A stretch of 64,000 nt of DNA from Octopus vulgaris (Eukaryota). The DNA lies in the NCBI GenBank assembly GCA_951406725.2, contig OX597843.1:21097124-21161123 (forward strand), written 5' to 3'. The first letter of the stretch is position 1. Each line of letters starts with the position of its first letter. This document shows, piece by piece, positions 40,301-55,107 of the stretch. The notes under the pieces are model-generated. The model was not told where the DNA came from. It made no database searches and saw only the letters and a list, made by a program, of their open reading frames with translations. The position numbers were made by a program, and so were the translations under genes.

Positions 40301-41019
40301 CGGGCATGGGACAACAATAAGCTGACCAAGAACACAAAAATGAAGATTTACCAGGCATGTGTACTGAGCACTCTACTGTATGGAAGTGAGACTTGGACGC
40401 TATACACACGCCAAGAGCGTCGCCTAAATATATTTCATTTGCGCTGCCTCCGGAAAATCCTTCGCATCAGATGGCATAACCATCTCCCCAACAAAGATGT
40501 CCTCAAGCAAGCAGGAAGACCAAGCATGTTTGCACTCCTCACACAAAGACGTATGAGATGGCTTGGGCATGATAACCGTATGGAAGATGGCAGAATCCCC
40601 AAGGACATACTCTACGGAGAGCTTGCTAGGGGCACTAGGTCTGTGGGAAGACCGCTCTTACGTTACAAGGATGTTTGCAAAAGGGTAATAAATGCCTGCA
40701 ACATCAATATTACCAACTGTCAAGCAGTTGCCAGCAACCGTGGAGATTGTCGACGTACCGTAAAAGAGGTACACAATGGAGTGACAGAGAGAGGAGAAAT
40801 GGAAATACAAGAAAAGATGTCAACAAGAAATTATGACATTACAACCAGCCAGGCAAAGTCTTCGCTACATTTGCGGTGCCTGCCGGAGGGAGTGTTTGTC
40901 CAGGATAGGACTACACAGCCACAGCAGGAGATGTATTAGGATATGAAATGTAAAAACCGGACTAGATTATTTTATGCGCAACTCCATTGTCTCCCGAGAC
41001 AAAAAGGATACCAAAAACA
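37318..41019 (+). mobile_element. Full-length RTE LINE, duplicate copy B
   Basis: ORF pieces 37731..38762, 38844..39233, 39394..39579, 39592..40320 and 40340..40939 with the same disruptions as copy A. Confidence 0.95.
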
Positions 41020-41114
41020 ATTATAATTATCAGTTAAACAAATAAATAAGTTAATATTTCTAATGTCCTAAAGTTGATGAACCAACTATTGTTCTCCTCC
41101 ATTTTCTTACGTGC

Positions 41115-41215
<101 letters not shown>

Positions 41216-42690
41216 GTATATGTATGTATGTATGTATATATGAGGAGGCAAAACTATAGGTAAATTTGTTGTTCACAATGCACCATAATTTAAAAAACTT
41301 GTAATTGGTTTTAAATAACCTTATTTACATACATACAAAACTAGTTTCAACAATATTTTGGGTTTATCAATGGTAAAAATTTAAAATAATGAACGAAAAA
41401 AACATGTTTCAATGTTTACAAGTTTCAGTAATATGAAATATGATTTAAATATTCATAACATTCAATAATATAAAAGATGTGGAATATCTTGGTTAAAAGC
41501 ATAAAATTCAAAAGATTGATAAGAAATGTGGATCATCAGAGTTTCGGCCATACAGGGTAAAGAAGGAGAAAAACAAGGGAGTAATGGAGATAGTGGAAAA
41601 ATGGAAATCTTTGAGCAGAGTCCCTGTGAATCATTTTCCGTCGTGTGCAAGGACTTTTGCTTGTAACGGCGTTTTTTCGAATTGGATGTGTTTACAATTT
41701 TTTTCCGTGAACCGATCTGATATTTGCTTCATTAAATTACAAGTGACCTCTAATTTTTCTGGTGGGCAAGGTGGTGGTTCTGCCTGATGGGCTTCCCATT
41801 GGGGGACGGGCATAAGCCATTCCAGCTGATTGATTCTCTTAAAGCGTCACTTTGTTGTGTTTGCTCAAGTTCGGTTCTGATCAGATGTATAATTTCAATG
41901 ATTTATGTGACATCAGCAACTGGTGTTTATATGGTGTTATTGTATGGCGATTCGGATTTGCCATTTCGATACCTGTGTTGAAGACTGTTACTAAAGATTT
42001 TTGAATTATGTCTGTTGTATCTCAGTTTTTTATTGTGGAAAAATTGTTTCTTTTTCCTTTTTCTGTTTAGTGTTTAAACAGAGGTGAATAAGAGAGAATG
42101 AATTAAACGATATTCTTTATTCTAAAACACTACCATTGTATATTGTTCAGATGATATAATTAATATATAGCGCATGGCTCTGTGGTTAGAGCGTGGAGCT
42201 TATAATCGTGCTGCGTGTTGAGTTCTTGAGCAAGACCCTTTCTTTCGCGTTGCTCCAGTTCAATCAGCTGTAAAAATGAGTTGCGACGACACAGGTTCCA
42301 AGTTGTATCAGCCTCTTTGCCTTTCCCTTAGATAAAGAGGGGAGGCCGATATGCTGGTCTTCCATAAACAACATTGCCCGGACTTGTGCCTGGGAGGGTA
42401 CTTTTAGGTGCAATCCCACGGTCAGTCATGACCGACGGGGATCTCAGCTTAATTCTTACCATATATCGTAGGAGCAAAATATGCTTTTAGGTGAGTATTT
42501 CAATAAGTTCTACGTTAGATCAAACTATCATTTCACAGACACATGTTCCACCTTTGATGAATGGCAGTGATCACACAAGATATTAACCATATCTCATCAA
42601 TGGAATACGGGTGTGATGTGTTGACACAATTGCAGGGATATGGAATAAAGAATGTCGTTGAAACCATTCGCTTATTCCTCATCAGTTTCG

Positions 42691-42724
<34 letters not shown>

Positions 42725-43116
42725 TGTATGTATGTATGTATGTATGTATGTATGTATGTATGTATGTATGTATGTATGTATGTATGCATGCCTGCATGCA
42801 TGTATGCATGCATGTATGTAAGTATGTATGTATGTATGTATATACCATTCTTTCCTCTTTTACTTGTTTCAGTAAGTTGATTACTTTGCAGCAGGAGAAT
42901 CACCTTGAAGTATGTAACTCGAACGAATCGAGACCACTAACTATTCTCTTAAACCCTGGTACTTACCCTGTCGGCCGCTTATGCGAAATCGCTTACTGAC
43001 GAGGAATTAAACGCACTAACATAGGTTGTGAAGAAGTAGTGAGTACAAACATAGAGACTAAGTCACACACACACTCGCACACATATGTACATTATATGAA
43101 TATATATATATTTATA

Positions 43117-43525
43117 GGCGCAGGAGTGGCTGTGTGGTAAGTAGCTTGCTTACCAACCACATGGTTCCGGGTTCAGTCCCACTGCGTGGCATCTTGGGCA
43201 AGTGTCTTCTACTATAGCCTCGGGCCGACCAAAGCCTTGTGAGTGGATTTATTAGACGGAAACGGAAAAGAAGCGCCTCGTATATATGTATATATATATG
43301 CGTGTGTGTGTATGTTTGTGTGTCTGTGTTTGTCCCCCTAGCATTGCTTGACCACCGATGCTGGTGTGTTTACGTCGCTTTCAATTAGCGGTTCGGGAAA
43401 AGAGACCGATAGAATAAGTACTGGGCTTACAAAGAATAAGTCCCGGGGTCGATTTGCTTGACTAAAAGGCGGTGCTCCAGCGTGGCCGCAGTCAAATGAC
43501 TGAAACAAGTAAAAGAGTAAAGAGT
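43117..43525 (+). mobile_element. tRNA-derived SINE, duplicate of 6009-6417
   Basis: Near-identical sequence and flanks. Confidence 0.9.
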
Positions 43526-43901
43526 ATATGCAAGAGTTACGACTCTACTCCATGGAGCGAAAACCGGAGAGGTATGTAGTGATATGTGTGGAAGTTACTA
43601 GGGAATCTGGTATCAAACTTTGGAATTCAGATTTATACCAGACCTCGAATTGGACATCACTGCACGGTTCCAAAAGTCCCGGCTCTCTCATTTAATATTA
43701 GGAGAATGTACTGCAATAGTTTGGAGTTCAAGTGCTCACAGATATTTAACGCCTTGCCAACACATCTGAGGAGAGGGTGTAGATGTTTCAAGATACCACT
43801 TGACCTCTTGCTATCCAAGTGAACCAATATCAGGGCAGGAAACTCAAAAGACTGCAGCGGCAGCGAACTCCGGTCAATCCCTTAAACTCGGCCAGTCGAA
43901 T

Positions 43902-44612
43902 AAAAGAATGAATGTTTGAAAATGCAATTTTAAAAGATGTTTATTTACTTGACCGGTTTCACTCTCTTAGAAAAAGAATGTCAAAAGTAACATGTAAAAG
44001 CTTTGTTGTGTTAGGTACTGGTTGTCTACAATACATACACACATTATTTGATAATAATATGAACATTTAGGTAGTATATAAATGTACAATGAGGGAGATA
44101 TGTTTAGTTTGAACTGACCTGATTCACCATATTATTGTAAAAGCTTTTACGATAATATGGTGAATCAGGTCAGTTCAAACTAAACATATCTCCCTCATTG
44201 TACATTTATATACTACCAAAATGTAACCTTTTTGAACTTATAATTTTCTGTGTGTATATATACAGATACAATACCAATTTTCCTCTGAACTTTTTAATAA
44301 TTCTTTCTGTAAACTGTTTTAACATTCTCTCTTTATTATCAAATAATGCATATATGTATTGTAATATTTTGTACCCAATATTTTAATGAAGTTGTCAAAT
44401 TTCTTTTATATTTTCCCAAGATGTTCATATTCAAGATTAACATATTTTTATTATTATTAAAGAGAGTATATATGTATTGTAATACTTTGTGACAACCAGT
44501 ACCTAACACAACAAAGCGTTTACATGTTGCTTTTGACAATTCTTTTTAAATAAGTGAAACCGGTCAAGTAAATACATATTTTTTAACATTGCATTTTCAA
44601 ACATTCTTTCAT
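43902..44612. mobile_element. Inverted Penelope-like pLTR remnants and palindrome, copy B
   Basis: 74-bp arms 44070-44143/44144-44217 with a single mismatch. Confidence 0.7.
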
Positions 44613-45561
44613 ATATAATTCCACTCGTGAGGTACCTTACAACTCGAAACATTACTCTACGACAGTGGGTCGTACGTAATGTTTCGAGTGTATGGGCGCA
44701 CGAATAAATCACAACTTAATAAAGAGCAAGTTCATCATATTTTTCCGATATCCTCGGTATTGTACATTGGGAGATTATTCAGGGAGGACGTTTGGGGAAA
44801 ATGACCGGATCTGGATTCGCGAAGTATTGAATGTTTCACGACAAAAATGCACCTATCACCTCACTCGTAAGTTTCTTGCCAAAAACAACATGCAACTGCG
44901 TCCGCATCAGCCCTATTCGCCAGATTTACCACCTGCTGACATGCATCCGTTTCTCAAGATGAAAAATCAGCTCAAAGGTCGAGATTAAGAGCAAACTTAT
45001 CATCATTGTCGAAGTCAAGAGGTCCTCGACTCGCCTATGGAAACTAAGTCCAGGCCGGATTTCGGAAAGTGTCAGAAAAGCTGGGGCAGTTGTATTATTG
45101 CTCAGGTAACATGAGTTACTTCTATTAAACATAGCTCGTTCAGAAAATTTATATATACAACGGATTTCCTTCAGTTACCGTGTACCCAAGTAACTAACAT
45201 ACACGGGTTTGTTCGGTTGGAAAACAGAGTACACGCAGAAGGACTGAATACAGAAGCAAAATTCCAATCACACAGCCATGCCAACGCCTTAGCGTATGCA
45301 CACACAACCACACATACACAATACAGACACATACAAAATACACACACACACGTATGACGGAAATGGAAAGTGGATTCTACGTGATACATTAATCATTACT
45401 GCCGTTTCTACCCGTCTTCAATCGGCCCCTCAGGGATGAGATAATGGTCGATTGGCCGCGGTGCATCTTTCTTTGCAGATGTTTCTCATCAGTTGACATT
45501 TCAAAAAGTTCTCTGCTCAATAAACTCGGTTTCACTTTGTTCGATTATAATGTATTTCGTT

Positions 45562-45638
<77 letters not shown>

Positions 45639-45639
<1 letters not shown>

Positions 45640-46107
45640 GCAAAACACGAGCAAAACAAAAAACTGTTCTCAGTATTTAAGGAAGCTGACAAATACAAAC
45701 AAGAAATCATACCACCTAATAAATATGAAGAAGAAGAAGAAGATGATGAAGAAACAACAAAAGCTATAAAACAAATGAAATCCAAACTAAAAATAGAACA
45801 GCAACGAGCCATGATAAAACGATGGCAAGAAAAACCCCTTCATGGTAAATACTGAACTAAACTAAACGCAAAAGAAATAGACAAAGAAAAATCCCAGCAA
45901 TGGTTGAGAAGCTCAGGACTCAAAGCAGAAACAGAGGGATTTTTAATTGCAGCACAAGACCAAAGCCTCCCCACCAGAAATTACCAAAAACATGTAATGA
46001 AAAGAAATATTACAAGTAACTGCAGAATATGTGGAGATGGACAAGAAACAATAAATCATATTATCTCTAGCTGCCCAGTCCTGGCTAAGAAGGAATATAT
46101 TCACAGG
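45639..46107 (+). mobile_element. Dong/R4 fragment, copy B (3' half deleted)
   Basis: ORF 45904..46116 matches 8795..9211 up to EYIHR. Confidence 0.9.
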
Positions 46108-46134
46108 AATATATGATAGCGCAGAAGATGATAC

Positions 46135-46196
<62 letters not shown>

Positions 46197-46336
46197 GCGA
46201 CGATGATGACCATAAATATGATGAAAGATGTGATGAAAAATTAGAAACTGATAAGAATAACGAAGAATGTGAAGGAAAATAAATCATAGAATTATAGATA
46301 TAGAAAAAATAGAAGAAGAAGACGAAGAAGAAAAAG

Positions 46337-46453
46337 TAGAAGAAGAAGAAGAAGAAGAAGAAGAAGAAGAAGAAGAAGAAGAAGAAGAAGAAGAAGAAGA
46401 AGAAGAAGAAGAAGAAGAAGAAGAAGAAGAAGAAGAAGAAGAAGAAGAAGAAG
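46337..46453. repeat. (GAA)n microsatellite
   Basis: Direct reading. Much longer than the paralog at 11200-11224. Confidence 0.95.
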
Positions 46454-46683
46454 CAAAAATGATTCGTGAAGAGAGGAGAAAGCAGTTGAAAAAATTAAAA
46501 GCAGAAGAACCAGAAAATGATGAACAAGATGAATGTAGAGAAAAAGTTGTGATGAAGACGATAAATGCAGGAAAAGAAGATATATTAAGACGAGAAAAAT
46601 AACGTGGAATATCAGAATGGGGAAACAAGTGGGAATAAAGGAATATAAATACAAAAACTATAGTCACACATCAAACAAACGCA

Positions 46684-46782
<99 letters not shown>

Positions 46783-47327
46783 ATACACGTTTATGTATTT
46801 GTTTTGCAAGAATTTTGATGTGAAATCGTGTGTTGAAACAGATATTTGTTGTATTTAGGAATGGTCATTTTGTCAGTTTAGCCAATAAAAAACACACGCA
46901 CTATATATTTGGTGTTACTTTGCTTCAGCGTTATTATGTTTTACATTAATCTTACCCTTATTTCGGCCAGAGTTCTTTCGTCACACTCCTGTGACCTCAT
47001 CAGTGGTTCATTGCTTTCTTCATTCATATTTGTGTCTCTCCTTACTAACGATCAGCCATTTTGCATTTTGTATTTGCGCATATGGATATACATCTATATG
47101 TGTCTATGTTTAGTTAGAGTGTGTGTGTGTGGGGGGATGCCTGTAATATTTGAATCTCCTGTTTATATACGTTCGAAAGAAATCTGGCCGAAATAAGATT
47201 AAGATTAATGTCAAAAATCAATAAAGCTGAATGAAAGTAACACGAAATATATAGTGCGTGTGTTTTTATTGGCTAAACTGGCAAAATGATCATTCCTAAA
47301 TATATATATATATATATATATTCCTAT

Positions 47328-47359
<32 letters not shown>

Positions 47360-47366
47360 GTGTGTG

Positions 47367-47413
<47 letters not shown>

Positions 47414-48711
47414 GTGTACATACACACATCCACCTATATATACCTTATCAAACCCTGATGTATGAACGCACACACTCACTTCCAGCCCTCACATATATTC
47501 CCACTTTCTTACTCACAGGCAAACATAAATTGCAAGACAATATGAATTGTAGAAGAATGAGGGTAAATAAAGAAGATAAGAGAGACATTTAGTTTGTGGA
47601 AATGACATTGGATGACATATCGTGATCTTATTATGAAGAAGATGACTAACATAAGAGAAAGTTGATGATGAAGAATAAGCCGAAGAAGAAACAACGATGA
47701 AGCAGCAGCAGCAGTAGTAGTGGTAGTGGTAGCAGTAGTAGTAGTAGTAGAAGAAGAAAAAGTAGAAGAAGAAGAAGAAGAAGAAGGAGGAGGATGTGGA
47801 GGAATTGGTGGAGCAGGAGAAGAAGAAGAGAAGAATAAGAAGAAAAAGAAGCAGAAGAACAACAACAAGGAGAATATGATGATGATAATGATGATGATGA
47901 TGATAATGATGATGGTGATGATAATGATGGTATGCAACAACAACAGCAACTACTTTAAAACAACAATAAGAGAAGTGGCAGAAAATGTAGGAGCTGAAGA
48001 AAAGAATGATATAAAAAATAAGGAGGGAACGAAGGAGTCTGTCATGAAGAAAACTTAAATATAATATTTCTGATCTTATAATAATTCTGCTTGTCATTAT
48101 GTTAATTAGTCCATCGGTAAAGCTTTCTCGTGATTAGAGAAAAAGAGGGAGAACGAAAAAGGGCGAAAGAGAAATGTCCATGACCTGAGGTAGAAGGAAC
48201 GTGACTGTAATGCTTTCACGTGATTAGTTGAATGGAATGAGAGACCAAGAGAAAGAAAAAGAAATGAGAAAACGAAAGTAAGTCGAAGAGTGGGGCAGAA
48301 AGAGAGGGAGAAGGAGAAAAGGGGAGAAAAAAAGAGCGAGGGAGAAAAAGAGGGAGATGACATGTGGTAGGGGGAACGTAATATTTATTACGTGATGAAA
48401 AAGTTAGTTGAAGGTAGTGATATTGAGGAGGTTTACGAATATAATCTTAGCAGAGCGGTGATGTTCTGATGGTGAGATTAAAGGAAGGCGGATAGGTAGA
48501 TAAATAGATAGATAGATTAACTGAGAAAATGAGAGAAAGGGGAGTAGAGAGAAGGTGGTAGTGGTTGTGGTGGAAGTGGTAATTGTTAGTGCATAATGCA
48601 AAGTAACTTTTGAATTGAACTAAGTATTTTATATCCCCTATCACTTAACGCAAGCTCATAACTGCAATTCTGTTAAATATTCACACTTATTTACAGTGTC
48701 AAATGTAAGGC

Positions 48712-48787
<76 letters not shown>

Positions 48788-49019
48788 CAATTAAGAAATA
48801 TACACGTTATAATTAAAATATATATATTTCAATTAAAATCAAGGTGGACACACAGTAAATTCCATCTCTGCAAGATCCCGGTTGATGTTGTTACTGCTTC
48901 TCATACAATCTGCCTTTGGTTGTGCTTCTGCTACGGCGAGATAGAAATTCGCAGTTTACGGTTATTTGGTCCTTGTTCCAAAGCTGTGCTTATGAAATAA
49001 GCAAATTACAAAACTTGAC

Positions 49020-49798
49020 TGAACAGTGGAGAGAGGAAGAAGATTAGAAGCTACTCGCGAGAGGTTAGGTACTATAGGCAGCGTATAAGAGAAGAACAGC
49101 GGTAAGAAATCAGAGAAAGGGACAAATGGTACCAACAGATGAGACGATCTGCAATAGACGAAGAGCAACGCAAGGCACAACTGTAGTGAGAGAGAATGCG
49201 AGACCAAGGTAGAAGACAGGATGAGGAAGAACAAACACAGTACAAGGAACAACAAAGATTGATATTTCAGCTGAGAATGGAAAACATGAATGATATGCAG
49301 TGTGCGCAGTATCAGGACCAACAGAAAAGCGTAATGTAACAGAGAAGGGAGAATATGGATGATTTGGAAAGGGCTGCTTGTCTCCAAGGTGAAACAGAGA
49401 GACATCAAAATGGAGTTGCAAGTGTGAATGCTGAACAGGCGTTACGTTTGCGAGATGAACAGCTGCAACGAAAGCGTGAAGGAAGACATGGACTACCACT
49501 GAACAGACACAATAATCCTAAACGAACCTATCGTATTGGTGATATGTACTTATATTGCGAGTATTGTGGTGCACTGAACTTTAAATATGAAAACTTCATT
49601 TTACTGTCACAATAAGAAAGGGAATTTTCCTCCACTGCAACTAAACCCTCAGACATTGAAGCGTTTGTCTGAGAAAATTACCAAGAGTCTGCTTCATTTC
49701 GAAAAAAACATCAGCAATTACAACTGCATATCTTCCTTTACGTCATTTGGTGTGAAACTCTCTGTGCCGCAAGGAAGAGGTCTACATTGTTTCTGTAT
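49020..49798 (+). pseudogene. Helitron N-terminal part, copy B
   Basis: ORFs 49355..49615 and 49587..49832. Confidence 0.85.
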
Positions 49799-52700
49799 TG
49801 TTGTGGAAGGATTCCGACCACCTTCCAATTGACTTAAAGGGAACTGACATATTCCTATTAAATAGACAACTGTCGAGTCTTCAGCAATTAACTGGAAACT
49901 AGTTCACTGTGAGCCATTGACAGAGAGCGTTGGGTAATCGATTCGCGTCGTGTAAACACTTTCTTTCCCCCTGATTCCTTAAATCATATGTTCCAAACCA
50001 GGGTATAAAAGTGGCGAAGAGTTCTTCGAAGTTTGCGTTGGACATTTAAATTTGTTTGGGATGGGTATGAAACCAAAGAAAAATCGTTTAAGATAGAAGG
50101 CATATTGGCGTCTGTGGTGCAGTTGCAACAGCAACAATAGTAACAACAAGAGCAACTACAACAGCAACAACAACAAAACCAAGAGTTGCTGGAATCAATG
50201 TTAAAGAAGTCTAAAAATACTTCAGGTGTGAACTTGCCAGACAGCGTAGCAATCTCTATTGAAGAATTCAGTTATAATCCAGAAGATGGGATTACCTTCT
50301 CTGCATATTTTCGAAGATACGAATAAATTTTCAAAGAAGAATTTATAAATTGATCTGAGGGGAAAAATAGTACGACTACTTTGTAAGACAGGTATCACTT
50401 GCCGAATACAAAAAAATATAGTAATTATATTCTGCCCATGAAGTCAGGTGAGATTTGTTTCAATAAAAACTATTAACATTTTATCAAATGATTTAGAACT
50501 GGACGAAAATTAACTCTTCAGACAGAAGCAGAAGAATGCCAGAAAGAATAACGGAAAGTGTAAACATTTCAAATCATATGAATTAAGATGATGTTCAAAC
50601 GCATATTTTTGGTTTAAGGCCAAACTGCAAGCAAAGATGAAGATATATGTTCACGGATGTCAACAAAATTAGAACTAGAGAAAAAGTAACTCTACAAACA
50701 GAAGCAGAAGAATGTCAGGAAAGACGACGCAGAAAAAAATGAAGAAAGCGACGCCCAAAACGAAATTGAAGAAAAAGATTGCTCTCATATTCCAGTGTCT
50801 CCACTGTAACGGATAAGAAATAAGAGAAAAAATGTCAAGATCGAATCAATCTTATGTTTGCGGTGGTCAACATTTTAAAAGTAATTGCCCGTTTAAAAAT
50901 ATAAAAGGCGTCAGATGAGGCAAGAGAGATCATAAAATATCACACTGTAGAACAAACCTGGAAAACATTTCAACAGAAAGAAAACACGAAATCAGGTTAT
51001 CGGTGATCAAAAAACGAACAGCCTCAAAGGAAATTTGTGTACGTAAAGTTGCAACTAGATAAGGGCAGTGATATCTCGATAATTAACACAGATACGTAGA
51101 AAAAAACAGAATTCCTAGATTAAAAGACATTTCGAAAATTGTAGGTGGTGTTTCAGGAAAATAATTACATTTTAACGTCTTAATGATAAATCACCTTCCA
51201 TTTCGTGGGAAAACCTTAAAAACCAAAGATTTTGTGTTGAATAATATCACAAATTTATTCGGAACACTGAATAGAATTGTTTAACTTATTGGAACTCCCC
51301 ATAAATCTTTTCAGTAAAAATGTGAATGGTTTTCTTGCCAATACAAATGAATCGTCGGACGATTTGTAAAAATAATTTTAAAAGATTTTTCCTGAAGTTC
51401 TTTCTGATAAATTAGATCTCAGCATCACAACGAAAACGAAGTTCCAAGTAAAAGTAAATGCCAAACCGGTATTTAAATATAAACGAACTGTAACTTTTGC
51501 ATCGTGGGAACAGATAAACTTTTGCAGCGTTAGAAACAAATAAACAAAATCAGAATGTATGCTGATTTTTTCCACTGGTTTAAATGAGTGTCTTAAAACT
51601 TTCCACAAGGTATTTTCTTAATTGGATGTCTCCGACGCGTGCCTACATATTAGCGTAGACGATGAATGCTATAAATACCTAAAACTTAACGCATATATAT
51701 ATATATATACAACAGGTTATTATATGTCTTTAATGTCACACCGATTTTTCAACAGCTTATGGATGCAGTGTTAGCGATAGTAAATTTGCATTTCCATATC
51801 TGGATGATATACTCATTAAATGCGAATCACGGGATCACCATGTAGAGCAAGTAATATATATGTTCGAAAAAATTAGGGATTATATTGAAAAAGAAAGCGT
51901 GAATTTTTTATTACCAAAACTAAAATTGAAAGAAATGGACGAGGACCAGATCCGTTGAAGGCAGACGCAATTAAATACATGCCCCCTCCGACAAATATGA
52001 CGACCTTACATGATTGCTTTGGAGACAGGCAAATTATGACCAAAATTATATTCTAAATATGCATAGGGTAAGTGTTACAGTAGATTATGTATTTAAAAAA
52101 TGTCAATTGAAATTGCTCTGAAAATTGTCAAAGGGAATTTGACGAAATTTTAAAGTATTAACATCTGATTTGTTGTTAGCACGCTTCGATTCTGTAGCGG
52201 AGAAAGTTGTAACTTCAGATGCCTCTGAATACTGAATCGGCGCAGTAATGCTACATAAATAAAAAGATGGTAACATGAAGGCGGTGGTTCTTGATATCAG
52301 CAGAAAATATTACAGCCAAATCAAAAAAGAGGCTCTTGTAATTATTTTTGCCGTAAAAAATTGCATAGATTTTTACACGGCAGAAGTTTTTGAATACAGA
52401 CAGATCATCGTCCGTTATTATCAGAACAAGAGTAAAAGAAATAAAGATCTAGCCGTACTGCTAATAGGCTGCAACGCTGGGGTACTGTATCATTAAACTA
52501 TGAATTTAAGATACAGTATATACCATCTAAATAATTAGGACCCGGTAATTGTTTATCAAGACCGATTTCAGAAAATGCTGAACCATTTGAAGATACCGTG
52601 ATTGCTACTTTGCGAATAGAAAATGAAATTAAAAGCAAACGGTATAACTCCATGCGTGAACTGCTATTTACCTTACAAGATATAAAATTACAATTGGGAA

Positions 52701-53800
52701 ACGATAAAATTCATTAAAAAATGAAAGAGATGCAAAAGGGTAAAAGAGATAAAAGATATTCGAGCCTATCACAAGGTGTGACAATGTGCTGGTGTATGCA
52801 CAAAGAGTCGTAGTGCCAGCCACACTACAAAAGCAATTACTAAAGGAATTTCATATTGAGTCAAAGGGATTTCGATAATGAAATCGTTAATGAGAAGTTA
52901 GGTATACTGGCCAACAACGGACTGTAACATTGAAGATATAGTGATAGTATGCAATACGCTGTTCTCTAGCTCATAATACACCCGTCACGAAATGGCACCC
53001 GTGGCCAAAACCACTTAAGGTTTCATGTCACTTCGTTGTTGGGGAATGTTTTTCAACACGGTCTGAAGTGCATAAATGTAGAAAGCAAACATCTCTGGTT
53101 ACAAAGATATTTGATGTTTGTTAGAATAATCAGATCCATCTTTGATCAGCCGATACCGAGTGAAAATAAAAGAAAAAGGAATAATATTTCAAAATTCTTC
53201 AAGTTAGCTGACAAACTTTATTAAAGAACTATACATATATTAAACAAGGCTGGGAGGATGGTACAATTGTTATATAAATTGCAAGAATGATATTCCTGGT
53301 AAAAGGTAAAAACAATTATCGAACATAAAAGAATTATTAACCAACTTAAAACCTGATTCAAGGAAAAATCAGACAAAAGAAGTGAATTTCTCATGAAAGT
53401 ATTGCACGACACGTTTGAGGTCCCAGCACAGAAACAATTTGCAATTACACGTTCTAGCACCTGAAAACGAAAAGAACGGAAACAAGAATTGAGCCCTAAG
53501 CATAAGAGATATTAAAACTCTGAGCGACTTTAATTCTCAAGTGGAGAATTTAGGGGAGACTAATTCTATAAAGGGGATATGCTGTGGAAAGATTCTGACA
53601 ACATTACAAGTGACTAAAAGTGGTCTGACACATTTCCATTACATGGAGAACTGTCTAGTCGTAAGCAATTGATTGTGAACAATTGATTGGTAAGCATTTC
53701 CCTATGATCCGTTGGCAGAGAGCGTCGAGTCTCATGTAATAGTAATCGTATTGCGTCGTGTAAATAGCTTCGTTAAATTATATATCCAATACCAGGATAT
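49799..53800 (+). mobile_element. Gypsy LTR retrotransposon remnant, copy B
   Basis: LTR begins TGTTGTGG. PBS-like tggcgaagag at about 50012, YLDDILI at about 51796, YSQIKKEALVIIFAVK, PPT aaagggga before the 3' LTR at about 53580. Confidence 0.9.
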
Positions 53801-54640
53801 TATTCAGGGCCAAACATTGCACAACACTACGAACTGTCAATGGTCACCTGCAGTACAGTCAGTTGTATATTATTAATGCATCACAGAGTGGAAGCAAGTC
53901 AGAACTCCCAAAGCTCTTCTCAAAGATTGGGTGTCATGTGCAACAAGTAAATACTTACGCTGAGTTACATGGGAACATGCACTTAATTGAACAACAAGAG
54001 ATTGGAGGTGCCAGGAGTGAAAATGTACAATTACGAAAGTGTGAAATACGTTTCGAAAGAACGGTTTATATAAGGCGCTACAATTTTTCCCCTAGCAATG
54101 AAATAACTGCACCCTGAAAACCCTAAGGACGTAAAAAAATTTTATTTACAATTGCTATTTCGGATGTTCCAGGTGCTAAGCGCTTTGAGAAGTGAGCACT
54201 GTAGGAGGTGAAATCTATGCAACATTTAAAGGTGCGTACATATGAGTTGGTCTCCTCCAAAAGATGAGGGTTTGGAGCATACTATACTTGAAGCTACTGC
54301 GTATCGGATGCCATTTCAGTTGCGTATTACGTTTGCTGTCCTCTGCATCTATTCAAATCCTTCCAATTTTCTTCGCCTGTGGAATACTGACAAGAATTCT
54401 ATGATGGAAGATTATGCTCAGCGAGGGCTGAATGCAGACTCTACACTCCATAAATTCTGTGTTAATTGAAAATGGCACCAGCTGGTTTAATATTAGCTTG
54501 CTTGAACCGATTGGAATGTTACGGGTTGAGCAGAAAGATGACATGAACCACCCACGCATTGCAACCCTTACCAACGAGCAGAAAGGGATCGCTGATGCAG
54601 TCATTAAAGACATTGGAAAGAAAAGGTTGAGGTGAGATGC
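53801..54640 (+). pseudogene. Helitron Rep region, copy B, with the HUH domain deleted
   Basis: Matches 18176-18497 joined directly to 19489-20000. Confidence 0.88.
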
Positions 54641-55107
54641 TGGAATCTTTCTTTTCTCTGCTGATTTTCCCGGAGGCTTTAACTTCATAAATTCCACTTC
54701 AATCCGTACACTTCGGTAAATTTCTTATTTAATTTTGCAACGTTTTGTGTTTTCTTTTTGTTGTTGTTGAAGGAATTACTGATAATTGCAAGTTTATAAT
54801 TTTCTGACAGGAGTAACTTCAAACATTTCACTTAAACCCACGCACATAGTTAATTTCCCTAAAAATGTCTTATTTACTTTTGCGCCGGTTTTTTGTTTGT
54901 CTGTTGTTAATGGCTTTTTTCTGGTTCCTTCGATACTGGCTTTTTGGTTCACTTAGTGACAAATTTCGCTTCAACCCGTACGATTCTTTATTCTCCGGAA
55001 AACTACCTTGTTAATGTTCTGCTCGTCGTATTAAGAAATATAATTTTCGTTACCCAGTTATTTTCATTGTTTACTATCTTCTACGCCCGTGTATTTCTGT
55101 ATAACCA

